A DNA stretch of 11,890 nucleotides from Campylobacterales bacterium (lineage in GTDB: Bacteria; Campylobacterota; Campylobacteria; Campylobacterales; Sulfurimonadaceae), in contig JBBRBK010000059.1 of NCBI GenBank assembly GCA_038205935.1, forward strand, positions 1 through 11,890, written 5' to 3'. The notes below the pieces were generated by a model. The model worked only from the letters and a program-made list of their open reading frames with translations. It searched no databases and was not told where the DNA came from. Positions 5,833 through 11,890 of this stretch are shown piece by piece. The position numbers and the translations under genes were made by a program. Numbering within the stretch: the stretch's first letter is position 1; every line of letters starts with the position of its first letter.

Positions 5833-8010
5833 ATGAAAAAGAGTCACTTTGCTATCATTATCTCCGCTGTTACAGCTAGCTTGTTGCATGCAAATGACAG
5901 CGATCAAGATATGGAATCTCTTCTTAACAATGTAAGTACCATCGCAACCAAAAAATCCATTAATGTAGATTATATGCCCTCCGTCGTCACTGTCATAGAC
6001 GCAGAAACTTTTTTGGATGCTGGTATACAAAACATTTCTCAAGCGCTGGATATGCTTCCGGGATTTCAAGAACAAGTCAGCCCGATGGGATATACCATCT
6101 CAACAGTCAGAGGGTTTAAAAATCCAAATGCTTACTTTGCTGATAAAGTAAAAATTCTAGTCGATGGTGTATCTATCAACAACGAAGTCACAGGAACGGC
6201 AAGTTTTTATCTTGATTTTCCTCTGCAACTCGTTGAGAAGATAGAAGTACTTCGTGGTCCGGCATCGACGATGTATGGAGGTGGAGCGTACTACGGCGCT
6301 GTCAATATCATCACAAAACTTGGAAGCGGAAAAAAAGAAAATCAGCTCTATGTCGGTGGCGGAAGTTATGGAGCTATTACAGCCGGAACAAACCTAAGTA
6401 TCACTGAAAATGGATGGAATATCTTTGCGGATGGATATGCTACTTCTAATGATAAGTCACTTCCGTTTCCAGAACATAATGGAGATACACAAGAATCTGT
6501 AAAAGATTACTCTGTCGGTTTTAAAGCAACAAAAGATAATTGGGAGTTTTTAACAAGACTCAAACATGAAATTTCTGGAAACTTTTATAGTTTTGAAGGA
6601 AAACTCGATCCACTTCCAAACCGACCTCAAAATCATTCTAATATCTATCTTTTTTCGCAACTTTCGAATAAAACCTCTTTTAATGATTACAAATTAGAAA
6701 CAAAATTGAACTATTCGCATAGAGAGGAAAATATTAACGCAAATCTTTTTTCTGTTAGCTCAATAGCAAACAAATTTGCTTATGTCGGTGTTTCTATGCA
6801 AGATGGATTTTATTCTATTTCACACATAAGTGAGGATAATTATGGGATTGAATCCACTTTAACCTTACCAATAATTGCTTCGAATGATATTTTAATAGGT
6901 GCTGGAGCTACTTATGATGTTGTGACACAGGATAATTATTTTAGCAGTGTAGAAAATGCTATACAGCAAAATATGGGAACAATTTTAGCTAATTCAAATT
7001 ATAACTCACCCGACACTTGGCATGGTTTTGCTTATAATAATACTCAAGAACCTGCATATTGGCTCAATCCTACTGCTACCACACTTCTACCAAAAAATAT
7101 TAGCAGAACCGGTGTATATGCATATGGACAAGATCTTATTTCTTTAACTGATAGAATAGACCTTATTTTAGGACTTCGTTTAGATAACTACTCGGATTTT
7201 GGTACACAACTCAGCAAAAGAGCTGCTCTAGTTTATAGAGCAAGTGATACTACAACCTTCAAACTACTTTATGGTTCTTCATTTCGTAACCCTACATTTA
7301 CGGAAGCTGATGCACTCGGACACATCAATCTTCGTATGGGTGATGCACATATAACAAAACCGGAACAGTGTGATACCTATGAAGCGGCAATTGTCTATAA
7401 TCCAGATTTTTACAATAAATTTGCTCTGAATTTTTACTATACACAACTTCATAATGTAATCGATATAGAAGAGATTCAAGGCACTCCAATTGGCTATACC
7501 AATTTTCCAGATCGTTCAAGTAAGGGTGTCGAGTTTGAATATTTTTATAAATCTGGTGTAACTCATAATTTATATTTTAATGCCTCTTATGTAGATGCAA
7601 CTTATAACACATCTCCTGATGGCAATACCGTAGCTAGTGCTGAAGTTTCTGTAAGACAAAGTATGCCGGATATCTCAAAAGTGATGCTAAAAGCAATCTA
7701 TGTGTATACTCCAACGCCTAAACTTTCATTTGGAACTGCATGGAGATATTTTTCAGAGACTACTGCTTCAGAAATACCTTGGGTTGCAAGTGACGTGGCA
7801 GCAGAGGAATATTCAGCATCTGTCAAATCAGCAAGTATTTTTGATGAAACATTAACATATAGAATTTCAGCTTCAAGTGAACTACGCGCAACTATTAAAA
7901 ATATTTTCAATGAGCGTGTTATGCAACCAGCGTATTATTATTTTACTGCAGATGCTGGTATCCAGCGCGAGGGGAGAAACTATATGTTTACCTTCACACA
8001 GAAGTTTTAA
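5833..8010 (+). CDS. TonB-dependent outer membrane receptor (plug + beta-barrel)
   Basis: The ORF is open from 5809, but ATG 5833 follows a GAGGA RBS and gives a clean signal peptide (MKKSHFAIIISAVTASLLHA). Plug motifs PSVVTVID, LDMLPG, VRG, ILVDG and IEVLRGPASTMYGGGAYYGAVNIITK; barrel motifs GLRLDNYSDFG, YGSSFRNP and IKNIFN; C-terminal aromatic ending GRNYMFTFTQKF. Confidence 0.95.
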   Translation: MKKSHFAIIISAVTASLLHANDSDQDMESLLNNVSTIATKKSINVDYMPSVVTVIDAETFLDAGIQNISQALDMLPGFQEQVSPMGYTISTVRGFKNPNAYFADKVKILVDGVSINNEVTGTASFYLDFPLQLVEKIEVLRGPASTMYGGGAYYGAVNIITKLGSGKKENQLYVGGGSYGAITAGTNLSITENGWNIFADGYATSNDKSLPFPEHNGDTQESVKDYSVGFKATKDNWEFLTRLKHEISGNFYSFEGKLDPLPNRPQNHSNIYLFSQLSNKTSFNDYKLETKLNYSHREENINANLFSVSSIANKFAYVGVSMQDGFYSISHISEDNYGIESTLTLPIIASNDILIGAGATYDVVTQDNYFSSVENAIQQNMGTILANSNYNSPDTWHGFAYNNTQEPAYWLNPTATTLLPKNISRTGVYAYGQDLISLTDRIDLILGLRLDNYSDFGTQLSKRAALVYRASDTTTFKLLYGSSFRNPTFTEADALGHINLRMGDAHITKPEQCDTYEAAIVYNPDFYNKFALNFYYTQLHNVIDIEEIQGTPIGYTNFPDRSSKGVEFEYFYKSGVTHNLYFNASYVDATYNTSPDGNTVASAEVSVRQSMPDISKVMLKAIYVYTPTPKLSFGTAWRYFSETTASEIPWVASDVAAEEYSASVKSASIFDETLTYRISASSELRATIKNIFNERVMQPAYYYFTADAGIQREGRNYMFTFTQKF

Positions 8011-8040
8011 ACTCGCTTACATGTAAAGATATAACCTTTC

Positions 8041-8064
8041 AAAATCCTCTTCTTTAAGAGGTTT
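8041..8064. terminator. Possible bidirectional intrinsic terminator between convergent genes
   Basis: Stem CCTCTT (8046-8051), loop CTTT, stem AAGAGG (8056-8061), flanked by AAAA on the left and TTT on the right. The stem and U-tracts are short. Confidence 0.45.
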
Positions 8065-8084
8065 AGCATAGCAGAAAAAATTTG

Positions 8085-9338
8085 TTAAATATAATTGACT
8101 AAGACCATTCCCATAGTTAAAGCTCCCAAAGCTAACAATGCAAAAGCACTTAGTTTTCCAGCTCTATTTTTTGAAAATATATATGCGTAAAAAGCTTTTA
8201 AGATGTTGTTACTTCCCACGGCTATTATGATCGCTGATGAAGCGCCTGAAACCGTAATATCAAGTTTTGAAGAAAGAATAGAAAGAACGAAAGGATCTAT
8301 ATCTGTAAAACCGACGATAAATGAAAGAATATTAAGACCAATATCTCCGTAGTTTACTGTTACAAAATTCGTAATTACTGACATCACAATAAATAAAACT
8401 GCAAACAAAAAGGCTGTAGAAAGCTCAAGAGGATTTTTATCTTCACTCGCATCTGTTTCTTTACTCACATCAACCTCAGCACGTCTATACATCATATATG
8501 CGAAGATAATACTAATAAACGTAAGAGTTATAAAAGGGACAATCAACTGGTGCGCAATCTCATGATTGAACGCATATGTAATCCCTAAGAGTCGTATATA
8601 CATAAATGCTGTCGCCATAATGATGGAAGCCGCAAAAATATGTGGAGTACGTCCTGAAGTTGATTTTTTAGCCAAAACTATCGTCGTCGCCGTACTCGAA
8701 TAGATCCCGCCCAAAATACCGGCAATAAGATAACCTTTATCTTTAAAAATATATCTTTTAAGAACGTACCCAACGTAAGAAAACATCGAAACAACAACAA
8801 CAGCAAGCCAAACTTTGAAGTAAGAAACAGGGATAAAATCTGAGATATTTTCTTGTGGCAACAGTGGTAAAATGACGGCACTTAAAAGAAGCAGTTTTGA
8901 AAAGATTTCTATCTCTTCTTCATCAAACGCTCCATAAATATGTCCAAATCTTCGGTTAATATTGTAAATAAAAATGATAGAAACAAACACAACTATCAAA
9001 AACCAGATGTCAAACTTCGTAATGAGTACACCAAAACTGTACACCAAAGTCGCCATCAAAAAAAGTAACATTCCATTTTTAGCAGTTTTGAGTTTCTCAA
9101 CATAAAAAAGTAAAAAGTGCCCTACTAATGCTGCATAACCAAGCATATAAAGATAAAAATCTATCTTGTAAAAGATAAATCCAATCAACGATATAAATGT
9201 AAACGTTCTCACACTTCCTATCTCTTTTATCGCATCATTATGGACTCTATACTCTTTTATCTCTAAACCTGTAAGAAGTCCTGCAACGACTACTATTAAA
9301 AGTTCAAACCACAGTTTATGTATCAACAAATCAAACAT
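8085..9338 (-). CDS. MgtC/SapB family N-terminal domain + DUF4010 multi-pass membrane protein
   Basis: GLLTGLE..E and GSVRTF (MgtC-like); ILPLLP, WLAVVVVS, GILGGIYSSTATT, GFTDIDPF and SNNILK (DUF4010-like); highly hydrophobic, 417 aa. Confidence 0.88.
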   Translation of the reverse strand: MFDLLIHKLWFELLIVVVAGLLTGLEIKEYRVHNDAIKEIGSVRTFTFISLIGFIFYKIDFYLYMLGYAALVGHFLLFYVEKLKTAKNGMLLFLMATLVYSFGVLITKFDIWFLIVVFVSIIFIYNINRRFGHIYGAFDEEEIEIFSKLLLLSAVILPLLPQENISDFIPVSYFKVWLAVVVVSMFSYVGYVLKRYIFKDKGYLIAGILGGIYSSTATTIVLAKKSTSGRTPHIFAASIIMATAFMYIRLLGITYAFNHEIAHQLIVPFITLTFISIIFAYMMYRRAEVDVSKETDASEDKNPLELSTAFLFAVLFIVMSVITNFVTVNYGDIGLNILSFIVGFTDIDPFVLSILSSKLDITVSGASSAIIIAVGSNNILKAFYAYIFSKNRAGKLSAFALLALGALTMGMVLVNYI

Positions 9339-9341
9339 TTT

Positions 9342-10118
9342 TTATCCTACCATGCTAAACAGTTCTTGTTTTGCATTTTTAATTTTTAGATTCAAGTCAC
9401 TCAGAAGATTTTCTATCTCATGAGTCTCAAACTCAGTACGCACATCTTCTATAAATCCAATTCTTGCACTATTGTCTTGAATGATTCCAAAAATATCTTG
9501 GAGTTTTTTCAGATCATAGAGGTTTTCTATTTGTGGATCTTTATCACCGTAATAGTGTAAGTACATTTCTAAGGCATAGCGAAATTTTTTAAACTTAATT
9601 CTAAGCTTATGAAGTTCTTTGAACGAACTATTGTCATCAAGTGAGCTAAATTGTTTTGAGAGTTTTTCACTCATTTTTTGTAAAATAGTAATTTTATCAA
9701 GCTTATGAAAATCACCTTCGAATAATTCATTTTTCTTCGTTAATACTTTTAACTCTTGAAGATTTTTTTTATACTCATCATCCTTAAAATGATCTACTAA
9801 GAGATCTCGCTTAGAAGTAAATATTTGATTTAATTTCGTTTTATTTTGCGCAGAACATGTCAGAGAATCTATCTCAATCAAAAAAAGATCCAAGTCGCGT
9901 AATAATGAAGTCGGTTTTATAATATCTTTTAAGAGTTTTGACACTATTTTTGAATTTTCATCATCCATATGCGTGCCAAACACTTGGTTGTATGCAAGCA
10001 TTTTACGTAAACTAATGCGATATTTATGCAGATCTTCGACATCATAATTGACGCACAAATGCTTATATAGTTTTTCAACAAGGTTAATTTTATCTTGAAA
10101 TATATTTTTAAATTTCAC
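9342..10118 (-). CDS. Stand-alone CHAD domain protein (polyphosphate-binding family)
   Basis: Duplicated CHAD motifs EDLHKYRISLRK / LRDLD and ELHKLRIKFKKFRY / LKKLQDIFGIIQD. GTG start with AAGG RBS 8 nt upstream. Confidence 0.9.
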   Translation of the reverse strand: MKFKNIFQDKINLVEKLYKHLCVNYDVEDLHKYRISLRKMLAYNQVFGTHMDDENSKIVSKLLKDIIKPTSLLRDLDLFLIEIDSLTCSAQNKTKLNQIFTSKRDLLVDHFKDDEYKKNLQELKVLTKKNELFEGDFHKLDKITILQKMSEKLSKQFSSLDDNSSFKELHKLRIKFKKFRYALEMYLHYYGDKDPQIENLYDLKKLQDIFGIIQDNSARIGFIEDVRTEFETHEIENLLSDLNLKIKNAKQELFSMVG

Positions 10119-10159
10119 AATGACAACCTTATACGTTTTATTTTAAAAAACTACAAAAC

Positions 10160-10218
10160 ATCATAGCTAATTTTTCTTTTAACTCTCAAAAAATATTTAA
10201 AATAATTTACGATATAAT
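10160..10218. promoter_or_regulatory. Divergent -10 elements: TATGAT (minus, 10165-10160) for CHAD and TATAAT (plus, 10213-10218) for the NifX-like operon
   Basis: Consensus-like hexamers in an AT-rich intergenic region, at plausible distances from both start codons. Confidence 0.5.
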
Positions 10219-10250
10219 CGCTGATAAACCAAATCATAAGGCAGTGATAT

Positions 10251-10646
10251 ATGAAAATAGCAATTCCCGTAAAAGATGAAACTCTAACTTTTTTTGGCAA
10301 TGCAGGACATACGCCAATGTTCGCAATTTATGAGATGAATGGTGGAGGAATGTTCCGTTCTTTTAAACTAGAAGAGGTTCGTAACAATCCTCGCACTGAC
10401 TTAGATGACCATGACGATGAAGATGAATCTCATCAATGTTCACATGGAACTGACGATGCAGAGCATGTGGCAGAACATGTAAAAATGGGTGAAATTTTGG
10501 AAGATTGTGACTACATTGTCGTCAAACGCGCATGTAAGAACACAGCAAATGCTATGAAAAATTATGCTGTAAAAATCGTAAAATATGACGGAGTTTCAGT
10601 TAAAAGTGATGCTATTTTAAAAGAAGTGTCTGCTAAATTTATCTAA
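10251..10646 (+). CDS. NifB/NifX (dinitrogenase FeMo-cofactor-binding, MTH1175-like) family protein with a His/Asp-rich insert
   Basis: MKIAIPV start, G-H-T-P-x-F-A-I-Y strand, 'EEVRNNP' and 'LEDCDYIVV' patterns; 131 aa; AAGG RBS. No nif genes in the window. Confidence 0.78.
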   Translation: MKIAIPVKDETLTFFGNAGHTPMFAIYEMNGGGMFRSFKLEEVRNNPRTDLDDHDDEDESHQCSHGTDDAEHVAEHVKMGEILEDCDYIVVKRACKNTANAMKNYAVKIVKYDGVSVKSDAILKEVSAKFI

Positions 10647-10660
10647 GTTTGGAACAAAAA

Positions 10661-11347
10661 ATGGCTGATACTGGAACAAAACTACGTATTTTACTGCTCG
10701 AAGATGATCCGACTATCTCCGAGATCGTCTGTGAGTTTCTTGAAGAGAGCGGTTATGAAGTCATAGCTGTACTTGATGGAAATGACGCTGTAGATAAGGC
10801 ATATGAAGAGCATTTTGATGCGTTTATTTTTGATGTCAAAGTACCATCAAAAAATGGTTTTGATGTTTTAAAAGAGCTACGAGATGGCAAAAAAGATGTT
10901 CCAGCCATTTTCATTACGTCACTCTCAAGCGTCGATGATCTTTCACAAGGCTATGACGCCGGATGTGATGACTACATCAAAAAACCTTTTGAACTTAAAG
11001 AACTGCAAATCCGTCTTAAAAAACTAATAAAAAATTCTTTTGCTCTTGGTGGAGATGATAAGATTACTTTAAATCATTTATGGTCTTTTGAGCCTACCAG
11101 CGGAAAACTCATAAGTCTTGATGAATCTTTTTTCTTAACAAAAAAAGAGACAAAAATACTCAATACTCTTCTAGCTCATAGAGGAAAAATGGTCACACAT
11201 GAGCAGATCATGAGTTCTGCTTGGGATTATGATGATGAAGCTACAGAGGAAAATTTGCGAACTCATATAAAAAAACTCCGAAAAATACTTGGTAAGGATA
11301 TGATTCAAAATATACGCAAACAAGGGTATCTCCTTGCTCTTAGTTGA
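10661..11347 (+). CDS. OmpR/PhoB-family response regulator
   Basis: ILLLEDD, phospho-acceptor FDVKVP, FITS, GCDDYIKKPF, and winged helix LTKKE...LRTHIKKLRKILG...IRKQGY. ATG 10661 has GGA 7 nt upstream; alternative TTG start at 10649. Confidence 0.95.
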   Translation: MADTGTKLRILLLEDDPTISEIVCEFLEESGYEVIAVLDGNDAVDKAYEEHFDAFIFDVKVPSKNGFDVLKELRDGKKDVPAIFITSLSSVDDLSQGYDAGCDDYIKKPFELKELQIRLKKLIKNSFALGGDDKITLNHLWSFEPTSGKLISLDESFFLTKKETKILNTLLAHRGKMVTHEQIMSSAWDYDDEATEENLRTHIKKLRKILGKDMIQNIRKQGYLLALS

Positions 11348-11890
11348 AAAGAAAACTCTTTTTAAATTTGTATCTGTCTTTGTCGGACTCAATACTCTTT
11401 TTTTGGTCACTCTTTCAATTTTCTATTATAATTACCAAAAAAATGAGTATTTAGATTTCTTACAAAATGAGATGCTTAATTACGCAGAGACTGCATCTGA
11501 ATCTATCTATGAGCTCGATGATATCAACAGAGTAGATGATTTTTTACTTCACGATGACAGATTTGATGTTGAAGTAATTGATAAAAAAAATGTCGTTATT
11601 TATCCTGTAAATGAACACTTCGATATGAAATTTAAAAAAGGTTTTTCTACAAGTAATGGATATTACTATTATGTAAAAACTCTAGAATTTGATCAAATCA
11701 AAGAGATGCACTATCTTGTATTGCGTTCTGAAACCATAGACCCACAACTCGAGCAAACAAGACAAAATATTTATCTTGTCCTCTTTTTATCTATTCCATT
11801 TTTTGCGGTCATGATCTTTGTATTATCAAGAATCTTTTTAACACCACTGCGAGAATACATTGAGTTTCTTGATAGATTTATCAGAGATGC
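11334..11890 (+). CDS. Sensor histidine kinase, N-terminal part (partial; not in the ORF track)
   Basis: Manual translation from TTG 11334 (AAGGG RBS; overlaps the regulator's end) gives MLLVEKKTLFKFVSVFVGLNTLFLVTLSIFYY... a periplasmic domain ...IYLVLFLSIPFFAVMIFVLSRIFLTPLREYIEFLDRFIRD. This is two TM helices followed by the helix leading into the HisKA H-box. Open to the window end. Confidence 0.88.
   Translation, partial: MLLVEKKTLFKFVSVFVGLNTLFLVTLSIFYYNYQKNEYLDFLQNEMLNYAETASESIYELDDINRVDDFLLHDDRFDVEVIDKKNVVIYPVNEHFDMKFKKGFSTSNGYYYYVKTLEFDQIKEMHYLVLRSETIDPQLEQTRQNIYLVLFLSIPFFAVMIFVLSRIFLTPLREYIEFLDRFIRD

Larger units (their letters stand above)
435..8025. repeat. Dispersed 8-bp palindrome TACATGTA, 6 copies (435, 762, 3088, 3269, 5419, 8018)
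   Basis: Counted directly. Four copies extend to the perfect 10-bp palindrome TTACATGTAA (761, 3087, 3268, 8017). Confidence 0.7.

Noticed and set aside
5820..5835. Fur-box-like GATAATAGTCATAT before the TBDR
   Set aside because: Only one half-site matches the TGATAAT-N-ATTATCA consensus, and such matches are common in AT-rich DNA.
10251..10646. Nitrogen fixation locus suggested by the NifB/NifX-family protein
   Set aside because: No nifHDK, nifEN or radical-SAM nifB in the window, and this domain family is widespread in non-diazotrophs.
10650..10681. Direct repeat TGGAACAAAA x2 with a 22-bp period around the response regulator start (possible autoregulatory box)
   Set aside because: About one such close 10-mer repeat is expected by chance in 12 kb of AT-rich DNA. 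There is no matching middle unit at 11-bp period, and it is not at a promoter.
5761..11410. Short minus-strand ORFs (5761-6075, 7279-7479, 7325-7519, 7698-7910, 8678-8881, 11171-11410)
   Set aside because: They are antisense or out-of-frame overlaps of the TBDR, DUF4010 and regulator/kinase genes, with no family features.
1..11890. CRISPR array, tRNA/rRNA, or a c-di-GMP or cobalamin riboswitch
   Set aside because: There are no regularly spaced repeats. Intergenic gaps are at most ~130 nt, AT-rich, and lack recognisable structured-RNA motifs.

Overview
AT-rich bacterial DNA (about one third GC by eye). Gene content, AAGG/AAGGAG-type ribosome binding sites and TATAAT promoters suggest Campylobacterota, probably Sulfurimonas-like (inference). 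The left edge holds the end of a probable IS5-family element (1-162) inserted into the last codons of lpxK. A minus-strand run follows, read right to left: YfiR/DUF4154-like periplasmic protein, HAMP-GGDEF diguanylate cyclase, DUF455 ferritin-like protein, nadE, a DegT-family aminotransferase-like protein with an atypical PLP motif, and lpxK. Divergent from yfiR-like is a TonB-dependent receptor. Next come a minus-strand pair (stand-alone CHAD protein and MgtC/SapB-DUF4010 membrane protein) and a plus-strand unit (NifB/NifX-family protein with a His/Asp-rich insert, OmpR-family regulator, partial histidine kinase). The most notable observations are: (1) a TBDR / YfiR-like / DGC trio with no YfiB in the window, a candidate trans-envelope c-di-GMP signalling system; (2) an over-represented palindrome TACATGTA (6 copies, 4 as TTACATGTAA) in different reading frames and intergenic DNA, reminiscent of HIP1 or uptake/methylation motifs; (3) an IS that supplies the C-terminus and stop codon of lpxK.
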